Source: Mobula hypostoma
Taxonomy: Eukaryota
Reading direction: 5' to 3'
DNA length: 64,000 nt
Assembly: GCF_963921235.1 (NCBI RefSeq)
Contig: NC_086106.1
Span: forward strand, 35,650,001 to 35,714,000
Shown here: positions 1 through 11,599 of the stretch, piece after piece
How the letters are laid out: every line of letters starts with the position of its first letter
How positions within the stretch are numbered: the stretch's first letter is position 1
Position numbers and translations under genes: made by a program
Notes under the pieces: generated by a model
Database searches by the model: none
The model's input: the letters and a program-made list of their open reading frames with translations, nothing else
What the model was told of the DNA's origin: nothing

Positions 1-904
1 CTTCTTAAAATTGTACTTTAGATAAGACAGTAAAATTATTTTATTTCTAATCTTGAGATTTACACTTGAGAACCGGCATCCGTGCCATTAGGGCAGTTCT
101 CTCACTTGCCATGTTTGCCGTGAAGGCCGGGTTTCGTGTAAACCTGATTGTACAGACCTAGGTTTTCACTAGATTTGGTACACCCGCCGTTTGCCTATAT
201 GGTTCAGGACTCAAATGCCCTACAACCTGTTCGCATTTTACCACTACGTCAGTGATAATAATCCCGATAGTGACTTCGATACTACACTAGGGTGGAGCAT
301 GCATGAGACAGTGTTTAGTGGCAATCAACAACAATATTATTTGCATACAATGAGGATTTATGAGTTGACATGAATCTGAGTTTCCGATCGAGAGTGCTGA
401 GTAAATAACTGTATATATACTCACTGTATGATGAGGCAAAACAAACAGAACATTAATAATAGTGGGATGTTAAACATAGACGGAAGTGCTTAGGTTAGGA
501 AAGTCGGATGTCAAACAATTTATGAGATATATTGAAATGTGACATGTTTCCATACTTGGGGAGGCGCTTCTGGATTTCTTTAGACTGCAGTTGTTTCGGT
601 TTAGCTCTATGGATTATCTTGCATTATTTATTTGGTGCTTTCTTCTTGCTGAATGTAATGAATTCGTATTTGATTGTTTCACGAAGCGGTCAAACCAAAA
701 GATGATCTTTAATCGGACAGGCTTCCATTCCCTGAGCAGAGATTTTTTTTTCTGCTTCATTTTGCAATAGTCACACGACACACGAAGAATAAGGAGAGCG
801 CATTTGTTAACTTGTTTGTTTAATGACACGAACTTATGTAAATAGCACTTTCAATGAGCATATGTTTTTCGTTGCCTGTAACTAAAAATATACTTCTGCC
901 TCAG

Positions 905-930
905 GAGATAAAACTGACATCTATAAGACG
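905..930 (+). promoter_or_regulatory. Putative core promoter of gene A (AGATAA and TATA-like)
   Basis: TATAAG at 922, about 65 nt upstream of the ATG. The paralogous position in gene B is TATAAAA (18354-18360). AGATAA is conserved in both. Confidence 0.45.
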
Positions 931-986
931 CAAATAACTAGACTGCTGGTAGCATAACCAATATCTGCGCTTCTATTCAGGAGAAA

Positions 987-1056
987 ATGCACTTTCCACC
1001 TCAAGGCCTAGTGTATTCAATATACTACACTACCCTTGCTGTTGTCGCTGTACCAG
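987..1056 (+). CDS. GPCR gene A, coding exon 1 (MHFPPQGLVYSIYYTTLAVVAVP, phase 1)
   Basis: ATG at 987, 70 nt, ends CCAG|gtatcg. Joins in frame to the acceptor at 2428 to give ...VP-A-NLVAIVILSRG, completing TM1. The same exon is found upstream of all four paralogs. Confidence 0.9.
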
Positions 1057-2427
1057 GTATCGTCGTCAGTTTTCTGATCTAATTGCATGTTAACCTTCAG
1101 CTAATTTCTTTAGCACAGCCATCAGTCGAAATATTTCGTTTACCTCAAATTTAGTGCTTTCGGGGGTGATGCCGCACAAATATTTCCGAATTATGTCTGA
1201 TTTTGTTGGTTACGTCATGAAGAGGTTTTAGGAAAGTGTCTCGAAGTTGGTGGAACATTAAATGAACTTAGCAGTGAAGAACGTGTATAAGACGGCTCCA
1301 AGAAATATCATTTCTTCGCACTTCCATCACAGGGCCGAGATGTTTACAACCGGCAATTATTCCAATGATCTCTGCCTTCTCAGTGGCAGCAAGACAAGCA
1401 CAAAGCTGCGTTCGGCAAAATATGGCGCTGATATACTGCCCATCAGTTTAAAACAAATCGCACTGTTAATTTGAAGACTATTCTTCAGCCTGCTCAGATG
1501 ATGATACCAGAAAATGGGCGATGTAATCCTGCCCCCCTGGCTGTCTCGGAATTTCATAGAGCATGAAAAATGAAAGATATTATTACATTGTTCTAGTGAC
1601 GAGCATATCCATCAATCAAATCTTATAAAACGGGATCTGTTTTTTAAATAACGTAAACATTCAGTAGAAAACTATATATAGTAAGATATCAGATTTGTAC
1701 AATTCCTAATTGAATTCTTCACTGCTCAGACTCTACCTCCGATTCTTCGAAAGCTTTCAAGATAAACTCTCGAATATATGTTGGTAAATTAGACCTCTGA
1801 CTGATTCAAAAAGTAAATAGCAAATCAAGTATAATCTAGATCACTTGAAGTGATCTAACTCGATGAAATTAACGTAAAAACAAAGGATGTTTGATTTAGT
1901 ATCCCAAAGATCGGGCAATTTTTCCCGTTAACTGAAACCTCATTTGCCTGGATTACAAGCCCACAATTAAAAGGAAAGGTGACGATCGTGTTAGCATACA
2001 CTAGAAGGAGGTTTGAGTGCAGGACTAACGGTACCTTGTTCAAATTATGCGGGACTTCCCTAGGACCTAAACTGGAGTGTCGTTCATCGTTTTGAATCGT
2101 ATGAAACATATATCGATGTATTTCTGTATATTAAGAATACAGAGACCAGTAGGAAAATTACAAAAATGTAGGTAATAACCAATGATTTCGACTGCGTAGA
2201 CTCAAGGGTTGAAGCGGCTCATATTAGATATGAAGTTCCCTATCAGATCGTTGGTTTAGACATAGGTGTTCTCTATCTAATCTATTTCACTTAATTTTGT
2301 GCGTTTTCATATTAACACGAGCGTTTCACCTGTTAGAGTTCTAAAACATTCGTATTTTTTGTCTATATACTGCTGCTGCAGACAGTCTTTTTCATAAACT
2401 TTCTGTCTCCCTTTCTCTTCCCTAAAG

Positions 2428-3329
2428 CTAATTTAGTGGCGATTGTGATCCTGTCCCGCGGGAAGTGTGGCCTCTCTAAATGCATCACTCGCTACTTGGT
2501 CTCCATGGCAGTGACCGATTTGCTCCTCATTATTACCGCTGTGATTATCAACCGCATTTGTGGCATTTATTTCCCAGGAAGTTTCCTCTCCATCACCCCA
2601 GTGTGTAGTGTCATCGTCGCACTAACCTATGCAGCCAGGGTCAGTTCTGTTTGGTTAACTGTCGCTTTCACCTTTGACCGTTTCGTAGTTATTTGTTGCC
2701 AGAAGCTGAAGTCGAAGTACTGTACCAACAAAACAGCAGCTGTGGTCATAGGAACTGTCTGTGGACTCAGTTGTTTTATTAATATTCCATGGTACTTCAT
2801 TCATGAACCCAGCTATATAATTAACAATGTACCATGGTATTGCAAACTGAAGGATATCCGTTTTACTTCTCCATTGTGGGGTGCTTATGATTGGTTCGAC
2901 CACCTTTTAACCCCTTGCTTCCCATTCCTTTTAATTCTTCTGCTCAACGTTCTCACCGTCAGACACATTTTAGAAGCTAGCAGAGCCCGGAAGAGACTCC
3001 TGGTCCAGAAAAGTGGAAACAATCATAGTGACGCTGAGACGGAGAGCAGGAGGAAATCTATCATTTTACTCTTCGCCGTCTCAGGCAGTTTTATACTGTT
3101 GTGGATGACGTATCTTTTACAGTTCTTATATGAGAGAATTTCTAATGACTATAAAGTCAACGGTTACAGTGATCCAAAGTTTATTTTTATCGAAACGGCC
3201 AACATGCTCCAACTGTTAAGTTGCTGCACAAACACATTTATCTATGCAGTCACTCAGAGCAAATTCAGGGAGCAGTTAAGAAGCACAGCACAATATCCAG
3301 TAAACTTAATAGCGAAATGTATGAAATAA
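2428..3329 (+). CDS. GPCR gene A, coding exon 2; class A 7TM receptor, GPR139/GPR142-like (323 aa spliced)
   Basis: Pyrimidine tract followed by aaag|CT acceptor. Seven hydrophobic segments, AVTDL (D2.50), FDRF, ECL2 Cys, TM7 NTFIY followed by helix 8 (KFREQL). Open frame to TAA at 3329. Confidence 0.92.
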
Positions 3330-3899
3330 TGGATGGAGCAAATTCAACCATGAATATGCAACATTGTTTTAAATAGAATTCGTCTTGTGTTAAATGTGAA
3401 CCAGAAACATTTATCCTCGATGACAAAACCAGTTCTGCAAATACAGGGACAACAAAAATTTTAAAACAGAATTGTCGTGAAATGTGCAGGTTGGATATAC
3501 CTCTGTTGGCTTTCAAAATGTAGCAATGTAATGACAGGAAACTTCCCTACATATGTCGGACGAATATTACATTTTACTAATAGATGACCTCTTTCATACC
3601 ACAGAAGCTGTGAATGATAGTTCAAGGCTGGAGGGAGCTGCGAAGTGAATAAAAAGGCAGTAAATGCCATAAAGCATGTGGTCAACGTTTTTTGTGGGAT
3701 AAGAAATAGCTGGAGTAACTCACTGCAACTATTCATCTCTGTCCGCGTTTCCCAGCTCCTTACAAATCGGTACAAATGTATCACGCAGTCCTGCTTGCAA
3801 TTGCTATTACTACCTCTTCCATCATAAAATATCGTTATATATCCTCGTTGGAACAAAGAGAAATTTAGACAGAGACGTAACGTAAAGATTTTCACTTCT

Positions 3900-4147
3900 C
3901 ATGTACATGAAGGGAGGCAGGGGAGGGAACGTCGACTCAGACCATGAGAGGCCAGCATCGGGCATTTTCATGACTTACAAAGTGCAGATTGGAAGTCTGT
4001 GTGGGGCGCCACTCCTCGCACAGACACTAGAGCAATGTGTGGTTAAGTGCCTTGCTCAAGGACACACGCACGCTACCACAGCTGAGGCTCGAACTAGCGA
4101 GCTTCAGATCACTAGACAAACGCCTTAACCACTTGGCCACGTGACAA
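3900..4147 (-). mobile_element. tRNA-derived SINE (V-SINE/Mermaid-like core)
   Basis: Minus strand shows A box TGGCCAAGTGG, B box GTTCGAGCC, then GTGTCCTTGAGCAAGGCACTTAACC core. Confidence 0.75.
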
Positions 4148-4949
4148 CATGAAGGATATAAGTGGTAAAGTCAATTCAATTCAAATTCTTCCCCAATTGT
4201 CCATTCGTTGGGAGCCGTAACAAAGATAAGAACATCGAGACAGTCCCGTTATTAACGGACCACTAACATTTAGAAGTATGAGTAATCACTTTGGGCATGG
4301 CAACAAAATGGTCGATTATACAAATCGGCTTTCAAAACAGATTGAGCAACTCTAATTGTGTATGTTAGTGAAACATGTCACTATCTGTGCAATCCACTTA
4401 CGTTTTGGGGCAGGGATTTGAGTTGTTGATGCGAGCTGATCTATGGGTAAATTAACTTCATTGCTGCCTTTGATGTGGTGAAGCCCTGAAAGCTGTTATG
4501 GAAAATTAGACTGAACGACTTCCAGGAAGAGCTTAGCTAGCTGGATTGAGAATTAGACTGATGGGTGAGGGCGATGGTGTTTAAGTTTGAGTTTACATTT
4601 TGGACTGGTGGTCCATGAATAATGGAAATCCCTATTGATCGGTTCTAGGCCCGTTTAGACCTGGACACTGACAGTTCAGTTTCATCCCAGTCCTAAGCAT
4701 CGATTGTATATTTTCAATTTTTAATGCTGCCTCAGCTGTCAGTTTCTCTGGAGTTATGTATGTGTGTGTTGCTTTAACTAGGGAGTTCCGCGATCCCTAT
4801 AAGTTCTCCCACTGAATTTTCAGTCATCTGTTCTAGTTCATCTCTCTACAGCAGCTCCAGTTGTTGCCCCCTCCAGTGCTTCGTTGGAATATCGGCATGT
4901 TCATAAAAAAAAACGCTAATGGATGTATTTAATAAATGCTGCCACTTGC

Positions 4950-5400
4950 GACCGCCTTGCACTCAAGATGTCTCAGTCTATATTGGGGTAGCTGAAGCCA
5001 CTCACAACAACAACCCTGTTGTTGTTAGACCTTTCCCTGGTTTACCTTCACATTTCTCAGCATCTATTTCCTCAAAATCTAGTTCACTATCAGGGTGCGT
5101 GTAGTACACAGCCATCAGGGTGTTTGCAACTTCGTTAATGTTGATTTCCAGCCTTGTAGCCTGAGTGGATGAACCCTCTATTATTTCCTCGCAGAGTACA
5201 GCTGCGTATTTTCCCTGAATTAACACCCCACTCTTCCCGTTATCACTTTCTCTATCTTGCCTAAAAATATAAACCATGAAACAGTAAGCATGCAATAATG
5301 TCCCACTGAAACGAGTCTCTATATTGGGCACAGCATCATAGTTTCATGTACTGATCTATACTGTAAATTCATCGCCCTTAACGGTGCACCACTGTCTTAA
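4950..5400 (-). mobile_element. Old CR1 LINE fragment (endonuclease region)
   Basis: Degenerate translation FRQDRE...GKSGVLIQ...LMAVYYTHP resembles the CR1 APE domain seen elsewhere in the window. Confidence 0.55.
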
Positions 5401-5419
5401 AATGTCGATAGATTGGTAC

Positions 5420-6230
5420 TTAAGGTCTCAGCAGATACACAGAATTATGGTTTTGCTGATTGTGCAAATTTACAAAGAATACAGCGAAATATAGATCAGT
5501 TGCTGAACAATGGTAGATGGAGATTAATCCGCCTAAATGTGAGCACTTGCAGAGATCAAGTGGCAAAGACCAGTGTACCGCTAATGGTGAGATCCTTAAC
5601 AGTGTTGATATTCAGAGGAATAGTGGAGTCCAGGCGCATCACACCGAAATATGACTGCACAGTTTCAAAGAGTGGTAAAGAAGGCATATACCATGCCTCC
5701 CTTTCCTTTTATCAGTTCAGGCATTGACTTCAAGGGTCGGGATATTATGTTGACGCTTAATAAAGCTCTAATTGGATACCATCTCGAGCATTGCATTCAT
5801 ATTTGGTTGTTCCATAATGCATGTGAAAGGATGTGAAAGTTTTTATGATAGTGTATCACATGGTTATTAGGTTGCTACTTGGATTAGAGGGCGTAGGATA
5901 TAATGTGGGGTTGCATAAAGTAACGCCTGCTTCGCTGAAGCACAGGAAGCTGAAGGGAGAACTAATAGAAATTTATAAGAGTATCTGCGGAATCGATAAA
6001 ACAGACAGTGGTGTATATTTCTAGGATAGATTTGTTTAATGCTATATGTCTACTGTATATAAGGAAATAATATATTAGTCCAAAGGAAATATAGGGAAAA
6101 TAGTATTTTTACGCAGGGGATGGCTGGAATGCGCAGCCGGGGTAAATAGGCAAATGTGATATGTCTAACAGGTTGTTATATATGAAGCCATTATGTAGGA
6201 AGAAGAGATTAATTTCATTAAACATTGCTA
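5420..6230 (+). mobile_element. Old CR1 LINE 3' fragment
   Basis: Decayed LQRNIDQL, VVKKAY, HLEHCI and LKGELIEIYK motifs of the CR1 ORF2 C-terminus. Confidence 0.7.
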
Positions 6231-8699
6231 TTTCAATATTGCGGATGGAAGAGCCTGTTGTATGCTACATATGGATCAATAGCTGTCAAATGGTACTTGA
6301 TTTAATCGGAATGCTGTTGAGCAGGTGCGAGTTGCCGATGGGCCTGCCTGACTCTCTAATTTGATCATTATAAACGGAAGTAGATAGAGCCGACTCTGGC
6401 TCAAGTACTCGAAGAAGAGATGAAACGTAATGGCACCGTTCGAGAGGACTACATACGAAGGGGCGGATTGAAAAATGCAGACTTTTCTCTGATGGGGAAA
6501 CAATGCAGGTGAGAAACAACGAAGACAACAAGTCAACGTAACGCATACAAATTGCTGCAGGAACTTAGCAGCTCAGGTGGGGTCTCTTGTGTTTATGATG
6601 TGTCATCGAAATTGTTCTAAATATGTCGTTGATATTTTCAACAGAAACGAAACAGTATTCCTTAAAATAGCAGTTGGTTTTATGGGGATATCGGTTACAC
6701 TTGGAGTTCCACGAAGATAGGAGAAACCATTGGGAAATGTCATTTTTTCCTTTCAGAATGCTACAGCTATCAGAGTACCAGGTGTCAATTTCGGAAGCAG
6801 AGCCAACCAGTGAGGTGATGATGGTAGATGTAAACGCAAGAACAAATATGATGGCAAAGAAATCAACGGCTAGCGTATTTATTTGAAAGAAAATAAAGAT
6901 GTTCCTGAAATTAGTCGGCATGAACGATTTTCCTTATTGAAAATAACAACCAAGATATACAAAACTCCAATGCATAAACACCTACGAATAAAGAACTAAC
7001 GTGACAGTCTTAATGTAAACATATTTATGGCCATCCATAACCTGTTGCGAGACTCGTGCTGGAAGATTAATCTGATTTTAGATTGTACATAGTTTAATCC
7101 ATGCAGTAGCTTCGCAGCTTCTATAATTTGGATATAGACTCATACTTTAGTTCATATTTCTACTTACGGAAATATTTTCACTGTTGATTTACTTCTCAAA
7201 ACGGGGAAACGTTTGAACTTTTAGGGAGTTACTTTTGCCCAAAATAAAAGCCAAAAACTGATCCTAAATTTAATTAGTTATTTTTTAAGGCATGCTTATA
7301 TGTATGTTCATTCTCATGCAACAAATGATGAGAAGATTTGGATCTAATTTCTAACCTGGTCTCACATGTATATGATATAACTAATCCCTTCTTATTGAAG
7401 TTATCACCCCATCTCAGCAGCGAGGCATATAGGTCTGCAGCGCCCTCCGCAATGCTTCATCCAACCGGTTTTCTCTATATACTTAATTCTAACAACTTTA
7501 TTATACATCTGCCATCTGCAACTTTTTAAATGATGGTAATATAATCAGACGTCTTGTTTAGTTATGGATGACCTTTATCCCACGTTTTCGCTTACATCCC
7601 TTCTATACGCAGCCAGAGCAACAGTTGGGTATTTCAACATCAGTAGCCTCCTCATTCAATGAGTCCTAATTGTTATTTTCTCCAACTTCAAGAAGATTGC
7701 ACAATCTGACACATTGTCCGCTCTTCGTTTAGGTTTGCAAAAGTACAAATGTTTTTGTTCGGCCGAACTTTCCTTTTCCATCTCAAACAATTGATTCCAT
7801 AGAAAGGAATACAACAACTTTTGCTTCATTCCCTGCTATTATTCAAGAACTCAGTAGTCTTTCCGGTGTGAACGCGTCTATTTTGTAGAAATCATATTTA
7901 GATCAGACAAACTGTTTCACAGGACTCTCCATTGACACACATTTCAGATAGGTCTTCTGTGGCAAATCTTCCCCAGCAGTCCGAAAACAGAGGTGAACAA
8001 GCAACCTTGCTTCACGCCAAACGTCAAATAATATGTCGAATATCCTGCATTTAATTCTGTGTACAGTTGCAGCAGTGGACCAGATGCTCAACATGCTGAC
8101 TCCATTTGCTCTTCTTGCTGATCTCCAGGGTTTATTCTCTGTAGTTTATAGAGCAGGTTACATGCTCAGCACAACATTGTCGGCCGAAAGGTCTGTAACG
8201 TGCTAAATATTTCTATGTTCCGAGCATATCTAGGAATGTCCCGGGCTAGGAATCACCCTGAGGGTGATAAGGTGTCGTCCTCGAGTTCTCGACTCCAAGA
8301 ATGCTCAACAACACATGCATGAGCCTACGCTCCAAATCCCATCACTTATCGCTATCTATTCGAACGGGAGGCCATAATGGACGAAAGACTTCTCCAGTCC
8401 TCTCTGACATGTCGGCATTTATACAGTAACTGATACTGTACTTACGATTACTTTATTTAAATCGAACGATTCAAGCGATTGGGGAGCTAAGTTGTGTGAG
8501 AAAAACTGAGAGATAATCGGAAACTCTGACTGAATTATTATAATGCCATTAGCTTCAGAGTAAATATGGAAAAAGTAGGTGTGGTCCGGGGGTTGCGATT
8601 CTAAATTGGATTGAAAAATGATAATTTTAATGGTATCAGATAGGATCTGGAAAACGTGGATTAGGACAGACTGTTTTCTGTAATTATTTATCAAGTGTA

Positions 8700-10480
8700 A
8701 ATGATAAGTGTAAGGCCTTCAAAACTGACCTTTTGAGAGTGTAAAACTCATGAGTGCCTGTCCGAATAAAAGGCAAAGACAACAAGTCTTGGGAACATTG
8801 GTATACAATGGATATTGATACCAGAAAACAAAAGAGATGCATAACAGGTAGAGGGAAATAGGGGAAATGTGGTGCTTATACAGTATTGGAAATGCAAGGG
8901 AGCACTTAAGCAAAAATCCGGAGAGCTAAAGGAAAGCATGAGGTTGCCGTAGCAGACAAGCCGAACGAGAATCCTAAGGAATTCAAGCGATAGGTTTAGG
9001 GCAAGAGAAAAATGGTCCTCCAGATGATCGGAATGACAATCCGTGTGTGGTGTCAGAAGAGCTGGGGAGATCTTAATTGATTGTTCCTTGCATCTGAATT
9101 TACTTAGGAGAGAAACCAGAGTATACAGAATTGATGTAAAGCAGCATCGATCATGGATCCTGATACAGAGGAGTAGTTATTTGCTGCCTTGAGGTACATT
9201 AGTGTGGAGAAGGTCTTCACGTGGACCCTGTGGAAGGCAAGTGCAGAACATGTATGAATTACAGACGACAATGGAGATGAAAATAGGCAAATCCAAGACC
9301 TTGCTGTGAAAAAGAAACAATCACCGACATGCTGATCTTAATGCAATAGATGGCTCGTAGTTGTCATTTCTGACGTAATTTATTGTTGTTCAAGTCAACT
9401 CACCAGCTGATATTGGTAGGAAATTTGCAGTTCATGAACTTTGGCACGTAGAGCTTAAAGACCGTCTTAAACAGCTTCAAACTGGTTTAAAACAAAATGA
9501 ATCTTACTTCATTTCTCTGCTGATGTAAATACGCGTTGGTCACCGAGCGTTACAATACTCCATGTAGTTTTTCACGCTCAGTGTTCTTCGTTAATTATCT
9601 AAATGTATGTGTATAGAGAGGGGGAGGGAGAGAGAGGGAGAGAACAGTGGTGAAGATTTAGATAGATAGCAAACGACTTTTAAACGCTGTAATTGCTCCT
9701 GCCTCCACCACTTCCAGAATATCGTTCCGTTTGTTCACCATTCACTATCCAAACTTTGCCCCTTTGTCACTTCAAATCTTGCCCACTCAAATCTTACACC
9801 TGCATCCTTCATCGTTGCAAATGTCACATTGTGTCGGAGAGGGACCCCGTGGATTTCTGTTTTCTGTGTAATATGTGCCGTAAGCTTATATTTTATGTCG
9901 CATTCGCTAGAGGCGAAGGTATAGTCCTCGTTCTATCCTCGTTCTATCTGATGTACAACATTACAGAGGCTCCTGTCAGGAACTATCGATGTCTTGCCCT
10001 GGATCACTTCACACTTGTCCGAATTGAATTCCACAGTTCATTCGTTCATCCCCTTTCTCAGCTGACCTAGATCCTGTTGCCTTCAAACAACTGTTTTATT
10101 ATCCACTAGTCTACTCATTTTGGTATAATCCGTAAATTAACAAACATTCCACCTATAGTCTCACCCAAATCAATTATATAAATCATAAACCACAGTAGAT
10201 CCAGCGTTGACTTCTGAAGAGACACAATTCTTCAACATCAAGGTTGTCTCCATCGGCCATGTCTAATCTGCAACACACTTATGTATTATTCTGGGCCTGC
10301 TTGCCATACAGTACTTGTCAGGGTCTGACTAGATACTGTATAGACATTTCCCTTTGTCTGTCAATCTTTTTCCTCAAATTCCGTCCTTCGACACACGTCT
10401 TCAAATTCATGAGACATGACATTCGCAAGCACAAAACCATGTTGATGATCTCCATACAGTCATTGCCTTTAAATGCAGAT
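8700..10480. mobile_element. Mixed old CR1 fragments (+ ~8700-9250; - ~9900-10480)
   Basis: Degenerate similarity to the CR1 ORF2 segments of the younger copies in the window. Confidence 0.5.
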
Positions 10481-10639
10481 GGTTCCCATGAAGAATCATT
10501 GTTTTCTCTACTCTAAAGTGGCTATCAGATAATAACGGAAATCTGGGACAGTCGGGCGTTCTGTGAGGAATTGACATGTGTAAAATGTCATATTTTGTCG
10601 AAGAACTATCCTATGAATAAGAGTGGGGATAGTGAACAA

Positions 10640-11390
10640 CTGATGGGAAGGCGGTGGATGTTGTGCGTATGGACTTCAGCAAGACCTTTGACAATGCCCT
10701 GCATAGGAGGTTAGTCAAGTGTGTTCACTGGCTTGATATTCAAGATCAAGTCGTAAATAGGATAAGACAATGTCTTCACGAGAGAAGCCACGGAGTGTCT
10801 GTAGACGGTTGTCTCTCTGACTGGAGGCCTCTGCATAGTGGTATGCCACAGGAATCGGTGATGGGTCAGTTGTTTTTGGTCATCCATATCAACGATCTAG
10901 ATGATAATCTGGTTGTCTGTTCTTCCTCTCTGCGCCTGTGAAGATGCCATTACAGCATCAGCAGGCTAATGTGGTAATCCGGAGCAGCAAACGTGCGAAT
11001 AACGTTAATACTGGGAGTGTCGTGGACAGCCAGGAAGACGGCTAGAGTGTGCAGTGGGATCTGCACCAGTTAGAAATATGGGCTGCAAATGATAGATGAA
11101 ATTAAATGAATACACGTACGGCATCAAATGTAGAATTGGCCTTGAAGTAAGTTTTGGCACATATGCCAGCATAAGTCAAGTTACTGAGTAGAGGAGTTGA
11201 AGAGCTGAAAGTGGAAGTGCTGCATACGAGCTCGATTTCAATGCTTACGAGGCTTGGATATGCACATGGGTGGTAGGAGTATGGAGGGCTGTTGTTCCGT
11301 TGCAGGTCGATGGTACTGGAACAGTTTAACTAGTTCGGCGCCGTCATGATGGGCCTAAGAGGCTGTGCTGTATTTTTTTCTGATTCTCTA
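10640..11390 (+). mobile_element. Decayed CR1 RT/3' fragment
   Basis: MDFSKTFD...SGMPQESVMG...INDLD RT motifs, plus a CR1-type 3' UTR. Confidence 0.8.
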
Positions 11391-11599
11391 TTACTCCCTA
11401 AATCTGAGGCGTTGATGTCTGTGAGAATCAGCTTGCGTAGCTCTTACACTTCTAAGCAGTGGGACAGTAAAGCGATAAGAATGGGGCAGTAGTACAGATG
11501 GATTTGGGAATAGAGATCTGGCTCCTAAAGAAAGTTTTTAACACTTTGGCCTTCATAAGTCAATGTACCGAGTATGGGAGTTGCCGTGTTTTGCCCATA

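Larger units (their letters stand above)
40..2780 (+). repeat. Segmental duplication unit A (paralogous to ~16920-20439)
   Basis: Collinear similarity across upstream region, exon 1, intron and the 5' part of exon 2. Example: ttaacttgtttgtttaatga at 807-826 and 18239-18258. Confidence 0.9.

Noticed and set aside
1380-1560. Conserved intronic block in A/B containing TGATGA, considered as a C/D snoRNA
   Set aside because: No matching box D with terminal stem, and the motif is not preserved in B.
4060-4147. tRNA-like A/B boxes
   Set aside because: Head of a SINE, continuous with the SINE core; no acceptor stem.
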